From positions 1-44,032 of the IMG/VR virus record IMGVR_UViG_3300020045_004669: a stretch of 44,032 bases of DNA; one strand, written 5' to 3'. Below the pieces are notes generated by a model, which saw only the letters and a list, made by a program, of their open reading frames with translations, made no database searches and was not told the origin of the DNA. This document shows positions 34,895 through 43,612 of the stretch, piece by piece (within the stretch, counting starts at the first letter, position 1; the number at the start of each line of letters is the position of its first letter). The DNA comes from a virus (Duplodnaviria > Caudoviricetes). Made by a program: the position numbers and the translations under genes.

Positions 34895-35088
34895 TGGAAT
34901 ATCTAATAATAATTAATTTATTTTTAAAGGTTCTTTTCATTACATCTGCGTTATTTAATATATTCAAAATAACAGAAGAGTACCTTACGGATAGCATTTC
35001 ATTCAATGAAAGTGCATTTTATGGATGGATTTGCGCAATACTTTGGTGTATTTGCGCAATACTTTGGTGTATTTCATCTTTCTTTTAA
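34894..35088 (+). CDS. Small two-TM protein
   Basis: Hydrophobic 64-aa ORF. Confidence 0.55.
   Translation: MEYLIIINLFLKVLFITSALFNIFKITEEYLTDSISFNESAFYGWICAILWCICAILWCISSFF
35029..35070. repeat. Perfect 21-nt tandem duplication
   Basis: ATTTGCGCAATACTTTGGTGT twice (ICAILWC twice). Confidence 0.95.
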
Positions 35089-35098
35089 TTTATAAACT

Positions 35099-35132
35099 AA
35101 AAAGGCTACCCGTAATTGAGTAGCCTTTTTTT
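35099..35132. terminator. Bidirectional terminator between the island and the terminase gene
   Basis: AAAAAGGCTAC...GTAGCCTTTTTTT. Confidence 0.85.
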
Positions 35133-36588
35133 AATACAATACACTTTTAAACTTTGCCTTTAGAAATGCAGCCGCCCCGCAACAAGCATCAATAGGGTCT
35201 TTAATATGTTTATTATCACCTTCTGTTTGATAACTTGTTAAGCATTTTATAAATGTTGAATAATCAACATTATTTTTATAATTGCTATCAAAAACAAAGT
35301 TATCTCTTACAAACTCATAAGATGCTAAAATGCGCCCTTCCTTATTCTTATGCTCCGATAATGGTATAAGCTTAGTATTTCCAGTTATCGACCTATGTAG
35401 GTCAACCACCGCCCCCATACCGACCCCATTTGATTCTACAATACAATCATCAATCCCATAATTGGTAAGTTTACTAACTACATTTGGAGTATTGGCAATT
35501 ATTCCAACCTTATTACAAATTACATCCTTGACGTAAACGGTCAACTTTTTTACTCCGAAATCAACAAACATAAAAGGCATTGCGTAATTATCTCCACCTC
35601 TATCGGCTGGATCACCACAGGCAAATGAGTATTGGAATAGCTTTCTATCAATCTTTGATAAATCGTCAAATCTAAGGCTTGAAATTGGAAGCAACAACCC
35701 TTCTTTCGGCTCTGGGTTTTGCATGTATTGCGTTTCGAAAGTTGTAGGTGATTTTGACTTTAACCGTTCAATTTCTTCATGTCCGCATTTCCACTCCCAT
35801 AGTAGCCGGCCATCAGGATAAATTACAGGCATGACAAGAAACTTTGCTTTCGTACTTTCTCCGAAATAATCTTGAAATACAGCCGTCGCATCCTTCGCAC
35901 CTGCTCTTTGTTGAATGTTTATAATCGGGGTGTCTTTCGAATTTACACGGCTCAATACAGTATTTAAAAGTACCCGACTAACTTTTTCGTTTATTGCATT
36001 TTCTTGACTTGCATCATCAATTTTGTTTATATCATCCAATACTATACAGCCTTCAAAATCTCGAATGTAATCAGTAAGTCCAGAATCATGTTCAATCATT
36101 TGCCCCGCACCAAATCCAGTTATTTGACCAAAAATAGTGGCAGTTTTCAATCCTCCACCTTTATCGGTTCTCCAAAGGTTTTTACCATTTTGGTCTCTTT
36201 TTAATTCGACTCCATACATTATATTAAAATATGGATGCTGAACTATATCACGAATAGACACAGACGTTTGCGCCCTTAATTCGTCCGATGCTGTAATGTA
36301 TAGCCAGTTTGAACATGGATTCATCCCTATGCCTCTAGCTATCACATTAACGGCTGCTATCTCTGTTTTACTGAACCTTGGAGGTATGTTTATATTAAGC
36401 AGTAATAATTCGTAGTCTTCAATTAGTTTTAAATTCTGCTCAATAATTTTGTGATGGTCGCTAATAATAAATTTCGTTCCTCGCAAAACCCGAAACCAAA
36501 AACGAGTAAAAAATAACAGCGAAATATCACACTGGATTCTCGCTGCAATTAATTCAGTTCTGGTTAAGCTTTCAAAGTTCATTTTCAA
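35131..36588 (-). CDS. Terminase large subunit
   Basis: Walker A NIPPRFSKT, Walker B IVLDD, QYMQNP, nuclease motifs DPADRGGDN and DPIDA. Confidence 0.93.
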   Translation of the reverse strand: MKMNFESLTRTELIAARIQCDISLLFFTRFWFRVLRGTKFIISDHHKIIEQNLKLIEDYELLLLNINIPPRFSKTEIAAVNVIARGIGMNPCSNWLYITASDELRAQTSVSIRDIVQHPYFNIMYGVELKRDQNGKNLWRTDKGGGLKTATIFGQITGFGAGQMIEHDSGLTDYIRDFEGCIVLDDINKIDDASQENAINEKVSRVLLNTVLSRVNSKDTPIINIQQRAGAKDATAVFQDYFGESTKAKFLVMPVIYPDGRLLWEWKCGHEEIERLKSKSPTTFETQYMQNPEPKEGLLLPISSLRFDDLSKIDRKLFQYSFACGDPADRGGDNYAMPFMFVDFGVKKLTVYVKDVICNKVGIIANTPNVVSKLTNYGIDDCIVESNGVGMGAVVDLHRSITGNTKLIPLSEHKNKEGRILASYEFVRDNFVFDSNYKNNVDYSTFIKCLTSYQTEGDNKHIKDPIDACCGAAAFLKAKFKSVLY

Positions 36589-36976
36589 ATGATTGTTTTG
36601 CTTGGTTTAGTTCGGCTTGCGCTATTGGGGTATTATTTAAACTTTCGTTATTAGTCGTTACATCCGCTCTATCAGTCCATTTATAATTAGACTTTAGATT
36701 GACTATTGCGGTGGCCTCTTTAATAGTTCCTTTTTTTGCGTGCGAAAAACAATTGGCTTCAAGGTTAGAAAGTATTATTTTGTGCTTGATATTCAGCTCT
36801 TTATATTTATCTGATAAATACCCGAATATATCCCTATAAGTTCCTAATTCCCTTGCTACCTCGCCAATAAAATCAAATTCATCGTTATTAGACAAATCAA
36901 TTGCATCATCAAATAGCTTAGTAGCTTCTTCGATGTTCCATTGTTCTGCATTCTTATTATCTTTTGGGGCTGCCAT
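36572..36976 (-). CDS. Terminase small subunit
   Basis: MAAPKDNKNA N-terminus, AIVNLKSNYKWTDR; upstream of the large subunit. Confidence 0.8.
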   Translation of the reverse strand: MAAPKDNKNAEQWNIEEATKLFDDAIDLSNNDEFDFIGEVARELGTYRDIFGYLSDKYKELNIKHKIILSNLEANCFSHAKKGTIKEATAIVNLKSNYKWTDRADVTTNNESLNNTPIAQAELNQAKQSFENEL

Positions 36977-37332
36977 TATTTTCTTAATAAATATCTATAA
37001 CTTAATTCAAAACATATCTGTCTGATACAATATACTAAAGGCAACCAAATAATATCACCTACCAATAAACAAGCTGCAATAAGTGTAATATCACGAATCA
37101 CATCGAATAAATGCCAGGCATCAGTTAGGAAAACCAGAAATGTAGAGCTACCGAAAAATGCTTCTCCTTGTTTACTGTCTCCGTTCTTCCATTTACGCAT
37201 CCATGATAGTGATTTACACCAATATGCTGCGTTTAGGCTTGAAAGTTTACTATTCCAGTAGTTGGATGCACTTACATCGCATATAGCCTTAGAAGCCCCC
37301 GAAATGATTAATAGTAATAGTATGATTATCAT
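36976..37332 (-). CDS. Membrane protein
   Basis: SWMRKWKNG...FLVFLTDAWHLF; hydrophobic segments. Confidence 0.7.
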   Translation of the reverse strand: MIIILLLLIISGASKAICDVSASNYWNSKLSSLNAAYWCKSLSWMRKWKNGDSKQGEAFFGSSTFLVFLTDAWHLFDVIRDITLIAACLLVGDIIWLPLVYCIRQICFELSYRYLLRK

Positions 37333-37384
37333 GTTTTAAAACATATTTCTTGCAAATATACATCTAATTATCTAATAAAACAAA
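37331..37384 (-). promoter_or_regulatory. Consensus promoter of the terminase operon with box A downstream
   Basis: Minus strand TTTG (37381-37384), 20 nt, TATATTTG (37353-37360); perfect palindrome ATGTTTTAAAACAT at 37331-37344. Confidence 0.7.
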
Positions 37385-37420
37385 TACTTGTATTAAATTA
37401 TGTTATATGATTGAATTATA

Positions 37421-37462
37421 TAGTCCCATTTTTGGTACTATCAAATAAAAGCATTACTTTTA
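37421..37462 (+). promoter_or_regulatory. Early promoter overlapped by an operator-like palindrome
   Basis: TTTG (37431-37434), 20 nt, TACTTTTA (37455-37462); TAGTCCCA-TTTT-TGGTACTA (37421-37440). Confidence 0.55.
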
Positions 37463-37507
37463 CATCATGAAACAACAACGAAGATGTTTCGGTTAAAAAA
37501 TAAGATT

Positions 37508-37687
37508 ATGACAACTACAGTAAATTTAATTGGAAAAAAACTTAGAGATTCAGAAGGAAATATTTTTTTTATTACAGAATATACCTACTCCGCAGATGGA
37601 AAAAAAAACGGATATACATTAAAAGGAAATGGTGGCGAAAAAGAAATATCAAAATACGATTTAAATTTTTACGGATTTATGAATTAA
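37508..37687 (+). CDS. Hypothetical early protein
   Basis: First ORF after the promoter; start may be 37484 or 37508. Confidence 0.6.
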   Translation: MTTTVNLIGKKLRDSEGNIFFITEYTYSADGKKNGYTLKGNGGEKEISKYDLNFYGFMN

Positions 37688-37722
37688 CTAACCCCTGTGC
37701 TATCGGGTTACGGGCAAAAAAC

Positions 37723-37911
37723 ATGAAACAAATAACAGGCAATTGGTGCGATATTTTCGCACAAAAAATAGATGAAAAAGGTATGACAGTAAATGAGCTC
37801 GGAAGGGATGCAAACGTACCAAAAACTACAATTCACCGAATTATGAATGGCGGTACAATATCACTAAAAAATTTCGGGTTAATCACTAAATTTTTAAATA
37901 TAAAATTATGA
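37723..37911 (+). CDS. Cro/XRE-family HTH regulator
   Basis: KGMTVNELGRDANVPKTTIHRIMNG. Confidence 0.85.
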   Translation: MKQITGNWCDIFAQKIDEKGMTVNELGRDANVPKTTIHRIMNGGTISLKNFGLITKFLNIKL

Positions 37912-38057
37912 AAGCAATTGAAATTATCGGCTTCGCTATCGGAGTATTAGCAGTGTCAGGATTTGGATATATTATTATTAAATTACTGGTATCATTCGCT
38001 CAGATGAATGAAAATAGCTTAAACATTTTCAAAAAGAAACACAATGAAAAAATTTAG
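37908..38057 (+). CDS. 49-aa single-TM protein
   Basis: ATGA overlap; hydrophobic N-terminus. Confidence 0.5.
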   Translation: MKAIEIIGFAIGVLAVSGFGYIIIKLLVSFAQMNENSLNIFKKKHNEKI

Positions 38058-38169
38058 AGATTACTTTGAAATTACCGAATCAGAAGCAAAAGTAGTAGTT
38101 CAGGCAGCGGTAGCAATATGTTTAGTTTTGCTTATTGGATTATTAACCGGTAAAATATACATACCATGA
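38044..38169 (+). CDS. 41-aa single-TM protein
   Basis: Overlapping chain of small ORFs. Confidence 0.5.
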   Translation: MKKFRDYFEITESEAKVVVQAAVAICLVLLIGLLTGKIYIP

Positions 38170-38318
38170 TAATATATGAAAAAAAATGCCCCGAATGTGG
38201 CGAATGGTTTGAAGATAGAGAATTAAACAATTATGGCTTATGTACTCCATGTCAAATGGATTTAGAAATTGAACATCAACAAGTAATAGACACCCAAAAC
38301 AGTTTAAATAATTTATAA
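38166..38318 (+). CDS. 50-aa zinc-finger protein
   Basis: CPECG...LCTPC; ATGA overlap. Confidence 0.6.
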   Translation: MIIYEKKCPECGEWFEDRELNNYGLCTPCQMDLEIEHQQVIDTQNSLNNL

Positions 38319-38320
38319 AT

Positions 38321-38563
38321 ATGAAATACTACAAAAGAGAATGGCCAACTATCGGAACTACATTTGTACATTGCATTAATGGATTGCAACATACAGAGAT
38401 TCGATATGATTCAGAAAGGAGCGTCCAATCAATTGAGACGAGAAAAACAAGTCAATCATTTATTGACGACTATCATGTTGATTCAATAGCGATTGGAGAA
38501 GGAGAGTTTTTATTAATCAAATCAAAAGCGCAAGCCGCAATTGATAAAATTTTGGGATTATGA
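38321..38563 (+). CDS. Hypothetical protein
   Basis: 80-aa ORF coupled to the next gene. Confidence 0.6.
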   Translation: MKYYKREWPTIGTTFVHCINGLQHTEIRYDSERSVQSIETRKTSQSFIDDYHVDSIAIGEGEFLLIKSKAQAAIDKILGL

Positions 38564-39210
38564 GCAATTTACCGAAAATTAAAGACCTATATGGCGAAGG
38601 ACTTTCAATAGTCGAAAGTGACAAATTAGTTACCTTATTAAATCAACCTCCTTTAGAAAGTTGGGTAAAACTTCATCCATTCATTAAGAATTATAAATAT
38701 GTTCCAATTGAGCGTGTAGAATTTCTTTTGAAAACAATTTTTAAACGTTATCGCATCGAAATAACAAACCAAGGAAGTTCATTTAATGGTGTTTGGGTAA
38801 CAGTTAGAGTTCACTATTTGCACCCAATTACCGGGGAATGGGATTACCATGATGGAATAGGGGCAGCGCAATTACAGACTAAAAAAGATACAAGCCCTGC
38901 AGACTTATTAAATATAAATAATGGAGCTTTAGCAATGGCTTTCCCAATTGCTAAAACAGTCGCAATTAAAGACGCTTGCGACCATTTCGGGAAATTATTT
39001 GGAAGTGATTTGAACCGTAAAGATATAATTAATTATGAAGTTGATTTAACTTTGCAGCTTATGGAAGAAAGCCACCCGAACTGGGACAAAGTTTGTTCTG
39101 CTATTAAATCAAAACAATTCACAGTTAGTGATATTTTAGATAAATATTCAATAACTCCAGAAACTCAAATTTATTTAAAAGATTTATACGATGGAAAAGT
39201 TTCTTTGTAG
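38560..39210 (+). CDS. Rad52/Sak-like single-strand annealing protein
   Basis: YKYVPIERVEFLL...AKTVAIKDACDHFGKLFGSDLNR; paired with an exonuclease. Confidence 0.65.
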   Translation: MSNLPKIKDLYGEGLSIVESDKLVTLLNQPPLESWVKLHPFIKNYKYVPIERVEFLLKTIFKRYRIEITNQGSSFNGVWVTVRVHYLHPITGEWDYHDGIGAAQLQTKKDTSPADLLNINNGALAMAFPIAKTVAIKDACDHFGKLFGSDLNRKDIINYEVDLTLQLMEESHPNWDKVCSAIKSKQFTVSDILDKYSITPETQIYLKDLYDGKVSL

Positions 39211-39805
39211 GGCTTCGGCCAGTGGATTATTGATGACAAATCCAAAAAATAAAACTGATTTATTAAGTAAAACTACTCAATCGTATTTACAGGAGTGGAC
39301 AAAAGAAAAAATCTTTAGAGTTAGAAAAGAAATTTCAAACAAAAAACTTGACAAAGGAATTGAATATGAAGATATTGCAATTGATAAAGCAATTGAGTGG
39401 CTTGATTTACCTTTTGCATTGAAAAACAATAAACGATTTACAGATGAGTTTTTCACAGGTGAACCCGACCTACTATTATCGGATACTGTAATTGACATAA
39501 AAAATAGTTGGGATTGCTTTACTTTCCCGTTGTTTGACACAGAAATTCCAACAGATGGATATTATTACCAACTTCAGGTATATATGTACCTAACAGGTCT
39601 TAAAAATGCCAAATTAGTATATGTACTTTTAAATACACCAGAAACAAAATATACTCCCGAAATAGATTATTCAAATATCGATAAAAAATATAAAATAAAA
39701 TCATTCGACTTTGAATACGATGAGGCAGTAATTTTGAAATTAATTGAAAGAGTAAAAGAATCACGTATTTATATTAATAATTTAATAACACAATTCTATG
39801 AGTAG
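39191..39805 (+). CDS. Lambda-exonuclease/YqaJ-like recombination nuclease
   Basis: RASA, KGIEYE, GEPD...DIK, YYYQLQVYM. Confidence 0.8.
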   Translation: MEKFLCRASASGLLMTNPKNKTDLLSKTTQSYLQEWTKEKIFRVRKEISNKKLDKGIEYEDIAIDKAIEWLDLPFALKNNKRFTDEFFTGEPDLLLSDTVIDIKNSWDCFTFPLFDTEIPTDGYYYQLQVYMYLTGLKNAKLVYVLLNTPETKYTPEIDYSNIDKKYKIKSFDFEYDEAVILKLIERVKESRIYINNLITQFYE

Positions 39806-40118
39806 TTTAAGCGAAATTTTTATCAAAAAAGAAACACTTGAAATTTTAGTGGCAACACTAAATAAAAAAACAGATGAAGATGCAAAAGGTGTAAAAATTC
39901 AGATTTCAATATCTGATACCTCAAATGATTATGGACAAAATGTTTCTGCAATTGTAAGTCAATCAAAGGAGCAAAGGGAACAGAAAGTAAAACCATTCTA
40001 TGTCGGAAATGGTAAAACTTTTTGGACAGATGGTAAGATTAGTATTGCAGCAAAAAAAGAAGCTGTACAGGCTGCGACTATACCCACTACGAAAGAAGGT
40101 GACGGATTACCATTTTAA
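39798..40118 (+). CDS. Putative ssDNA-binding protein (different family from 690-1019)
   Basis: YGQNVS...QSKEQRE...YVGNGK; tail ending GLPF. Confidence 0.6.
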   Translation: MSSLSEIFIKKETLEILVATLNKKTDEDAKGVKIQISISDTSNDYGQNVSAIVSQSKEQREQKVKPFYVGNGKTFWTDGKISIAAKKEAVQAATIPTTKEGDGLPF

Positions 40119-40167
40119 TCAATCTAACCGCCCCTATCAAATTCGGTAGGGGCTAAATTTAAACAAA

Positions 40168-40545
40168 ATGAAAATATATATTAGCGGACAAATTACAGGA
40201 TTAGAAAAAATTGAGTATGAGAATAATTTTCGAGATGCAAAAAGATTTATAAATATGGCATATAGTGCCCCTTGGGATATTACAGTTAGTCCGTTGGATA
40301 TAACTCCGTTTTTAGGAAATTGCAAAAGAACAATCACTGTTTTGAATTATAGTGGTGAGTATAAAGTAAAACATTGGTCAGAATTTTACAAAGAAAATTG
40401 GTTAAATTACATGATTAATGATATTCGTTCTTTACGCAAATGCACCCACATAGCAATGCATCCAAATTGGATTGAAAGCCGAGGTGCGGTGATCGAGTAT
40501 TTTCTAGCTAAATTTATTTTTAAACAAAAAATAATTTGGTTATGA
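40168..40545 (+). CDS. DUF4406-like (nucleoside deoxyribosyltransferase-fold) protein
   Basis: MKIYISGQITG...NWIESRGAVIE. Confidence 0.8.
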   Translation: MKIYISGQITGLEKIEYENNFRDAKRFINMAYSAPWDITVSPLDITPFLGNCKRTITVLNYSGEYKVKHWSEFYKENWLNYMINDIRSLRKCTHIAMHPNWIESRGAVIEYFLAKFIFKQKIIWL

Positions 40546-40820
40546 TAGAGTATAAAGATTTAATTGATTTAGGATTTAAAAAGCGAAATTACTCCGACAG
40601 CGTACATTTTGATCGATATGGTTATCATTCATTTGCTTTAGAAAAAGAATTTCACATTCAAGAAACTAAAAAAGTGGTACTATTTGAATGGCATCCTACA
40701 GAATTAAAAGTTAACTATTGGATTGGAGACAGAAATTTAATCAAACAAATAACCGAACTTTCAGAATTAGTCGATACTTTAAAAATATATGGATATGCAA
40801 AACGAACTATTTCCAACTGA
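40536..40820 (+). CDS. Hypothetical protein
   Basis: 94-aa ORF; ends YAKRTISN like 1436-1609. Confidence 0.6.
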   Translation: MVMIEYKDLIDLGFKKRNYSDSVHFDRYGYHSFALEKEFHIQETKKVVLFEWHPTELKVNYWIGDRNLIKQITELSELVDTLKIYGYAKRTISN

Positions 40821-41010
40821 AATAAATCGCATACGTGGCAAGTTTGCGACCTCAACACATACGAGGTTATACAAATCTATGGAAAACGGTTTAAAGTTGC
40901 AAATTGAGCAGCTTAGGCGGCAATTAATAGGAGTAGCTACTATGTTACGACTAAAGGATGAACAAATTATTCAACTAAAACAAAAATTGAAAGGATATGA
41001 AAGCAAATGA
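40789..41010 (+). CDS. Coiled-coil hypothetical protein (copy B)
   Basis: Near-identical to 1584-1796. Confidence 0.7.
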   Translation: MDMQNELFPTEINRIRGKFATSTHTRLYKSMENGLKLQIEQLRRQLIGVATMLRLKDEQIIQLKQKLKGYESK

Positions 41011-41362
41011 ATTAAGAATTGGAAATTTAGTCTATTTAAACGATAAACAAAAGGTTTGGGAAATCTTAGATGGTCATGAAATTGATGAGATTAATGAAAA
41101 TAAAACTGTTGAACCAATAAATCTTATTGAAGAATGGTTGTTGAAATTTGGATTTATAAAAAATCAAAATGTATTTTGGATTTCCATAAGTAGCATAAAA
41201 GCGGAAATTCACATTGAGCAATATAGTAAGGAATTTGTAACTATAGTCAGAAGTGATTTTTCAGAATTAATTTTATGTCCAGTAAAATATGTTCATCAAC
41301 TTCAAAACCTATATTTTGCATTAACTGGTAAAGAATTGGAGGTGAAAGATGCTAAAATGTAA
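40997..41362 (+). CDS. Bacteroidota phage hypothetical protein (present only in arm B)
   Basis: MKANELRIGNLV...EEWLLKFGF...YVHQLQNLYFALTGKEL. Confidence 0.75.
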   Translation: MKANELRIGNLVYLNDKQKVWEILDGHEIDEINENKTVEPINLIEEWLLKFGFIKNQNVFWISISSIKAEIHIEQYSKEFVTIVRSDFSELILCPVKYVHQLQNLYFALTGKELEVKDAKM

Positions 41363-41942
41363 ATGTGGAATAGAGTTTGAGCCGTTTTCAAGGAATAGCA
41401 CGATAAAACAGAAAATGTGCATGCAATGCCTTATTAAAAATGGTAATGAAGAGCGTAAGAAATTAGCTAAAAATCAATGGAAAAAAGAGAAATCAGAAAT
41501 AAAAGCTAAATTAAAAACACATTCTGAATGGCTCAATGATTTGCAAAAAGTCTTTAATACCTATATCCGTGCGAGGGATTTAAAAAAACCTTGTATTTCG
41601 TGCGATAAACCTTTAATCGGTAAGTTTGATGCTGGGCACTTTTTTTCTGTTGGGGCTTATCCTAACATTAGATTTAACGAAGACAACGTTCACGGGCAGT
41701 GCGTACACTGTAATCAACATCTACATGGGAATGTAAATGAGTATGTTATTCGTTTGCCTTTCAGAATTGGACAAGAACGTTACAACTTATTGTTTTTGAG
41801 AAGAAACGAATGTGGAAAATTGACCGTATCGGAAATAAAAGAGCTTTTGATTGATTATAAAAACAAAACTAAAGTGCTTGAATTAAACCGAGTTGATTTT
41901 TACGAACAAACCGAAAACGATAAACTTTCAAATAAATTTTGA
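41349..41942 (+). CDS. ninG: NinG/Rap-like endonuclease (copy B)
   Basis: Differs from copy A at three residues in the supplied translations. Confidence 0.9.
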   Translation: MLKCKCGIEFEPFSRNSTIKQKMCMQCLIKNGNEERKKLAKNQWKKEKSEIKAKLKTHSEWLNDLQKVFNTYIRARDLKKPCISCDKPLIGKFDAGHFFSVGAYPNIRFNEDNVHGQCVHCNQHLHGNVNEYVIRLPFRIGQERYNLLFLRRNECGKLTVSEIKELLIDYKNKTKVLELNRVDFYEQTENDKLSNKF

Positions 41943-42048
41943 AAATTAGTTGTTTATTCAAATAATAGTAGTATCTTTGCATTTATAATTAATTAAGCGG
42001 TTTAAATGTACCGCTTTTTATACCACAATAAAGTTAAATAATTAAACC

Positions 42049-42210
42049 ATGAAGCGAATCAAAACAAAAGACATTGACACTACTAAGTTAATAACGAAGG
42101 CAAAGTATGCCGAAAAAATGGGTATCAGCCAGCCAGCTGTACAAAAACAAATTGAAACTGGAAAGTTGACAATTATTCGTGCAAACGGAGCAGAACTTAT
42201 CCACGAGTAA
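42049..42210 (+). CDS. 53-aa HTH DNA-binding protein, allele B (not in ORF track)
   Basis: LITKAKYAEKMGISQPAVQKQIETGKL; distant homologue of 2478-2627. Confidence 0.75.
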   Translation: MKRIKTKDIDTTKLITKAKYAEKMGISQPAVQKQIETGKLTIIRANGAELIHE

Positions 42211-42243
42211 TTTTTTTTGAATAATAAGTTAAATAATTAAACT

Positions 42244-42936
42244 ATGAAGTACTACCTACATGATTCTAATTCATTCAATGACGAAAAAATAACAGAACTA
42301 TTTATCTGTTTTGGATATGAAGGACTTGGATTATTTTATACATTGCTTGAAAAGTTGGCACAACAAGAGAAACCAATTAAAACTACTGTTTTAAAGAGCC
42401 AATTAAAAGTAGGTAAAAAGCTTGAAAAATGTTGGTCGTTTATGGAAGAAATTAAACTTATTTCATCAAACAATGGAGAAACTTTCAACAAACAATTGAT
42501 GAACTTTAGTGGAAAGTATGCAATAAAAAAAGAAAAAAATAAAAAACGGGTTGCAGAATGGCGTGATAAACAAGAAGTTACAGAAAATGTAACGTGTTAC
42601 AAAAGTGTTCGTAACACCGATAAAGTAAAGGAAAGTAAAGTAAATGAAAGTAAAGAGAGTAATAGAGATGTGGCAAAAGCCACCACGCAAAAAAGAATTT
42701 CTGTTTTTAAAGAATCATTATTCCCATATACAAAAACTCAAGGCGGAATTTATTCTGTCGATATGGTAAAATCATTTTTCGAGTATTGGAGTGAGTTAAA
42801 CAAATCAGAAACTAAAATGCTTTGGGAAATGAAACCTACATTTGAAATATCGAAAAGGCTTGCAACCTGGGCGAAAAATGATAATACATTTTCAAAAGAA
42901 CCAATAAAAAATAACGTTTATAAAACAACTGATTAA
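42244..42936 (+). CDS. Phage replication initiator, allele B (DUF4373-like N-terminus)
   Basis: YYLHDSNSFNDEKI...GYEGLGLFYTLLEKL; C-terminus shared with 2666-3379. Confidence 0.75.
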   Translation: MKYYLHDSNSFNDEKITELFICFGYEGLGLFYTLLEKLAQQEKPIKTTVLKSQLKVGKKLEKCWSFMEEIKLISSNNGETFNKQLMNFSGKYAIKKEKNKKRVAEWRDKQEVTENVTCYKSVRNTDKVKESKVNESKESNRDVAKATTQKRISVFKESLFPYTKTQGGIYSVDMVKSFFEYWSELNKSETKMLWEMKPTFEISKRLATWAKNDNTFSKEPIKNNVYKTTD

Positions 42937-42937
42937 A

Positions 42938-43612
42938 ATGATAAAAATAGATAGCTTTGAATTTCATAACGCAGACAACATGCAGATAATGAAACAATAC
43001 CCAGATAAGTATTTTGATTTAGCTATTGTTGACCCGCCTTACGGAATAAATATAACAAAAAATAAAAGGTTAAATAATAATTCAAAAAACGATTGGGATT
43101 CAGAAATTCCAAACAAAGAATATTTTAATGAATTATTTCGTATTTCAAAAAATCAAATTATTTGGGGCGGAAACTATTTTATTGAGCATTTAAAAAATAG
43201 TCGCTGTTTTATAAATTGGGATAAATTAAATCATTCTGATACTTATGCAGACTGCGAAATGGCTTGGACTTCATTTGATAAAAATGCTAAAATTTTTAAA
43301 TATATGTGGGATGGTAATAGATATGGATATGAAGGAAATATAAAAGGAGTTGGAAAACCTACAATAAGATTTCACCCAACTCAAAAACCAATAGAATTAT
43401 ATGATTTTTGTATTATAAACTATGCTAAACAAGGCGATAAAATCATCGACACACATTTAGGCAGTGGCTCAATAGCTTTAGCAATCGACAAAGCAAATAA
43501 ACTCGACAATATGAATTTAGAGTTTGTCGGGATTGAGTTGGACGCGGAATACTTCAATGCTGCATTAAATCGGTTTAAATTAGCACATTCACAAACAACA
43601 ATTTTTGACTAA
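42938..43612 (+). CDS. Beta-class N6-A/N4-C DNA methyltransferase
   Basis: VDPPYG, HPTQKP, DTHLGSGS. Confidence 0.92.
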   Translation: MIKIDSFEFHNADNMQIMKQYPDKYFDLAIVDPPYGINITKNKRLNNNSKNDWDSEIPNKEYFNELFRISKNQIIWGGNYFIEHLKNSRCFINWDKLNHSDTYADCEMAWTSFDKNAKIFKYMWDGNRYGYEGNIKGVGKPTIRFHPTQKPIELYDFCIINYAKQGDKIIDTHLGSGSIALAIDKANKLDNMNLEFVGIELDAEYFNAALNRFKLAHSQTTIFD

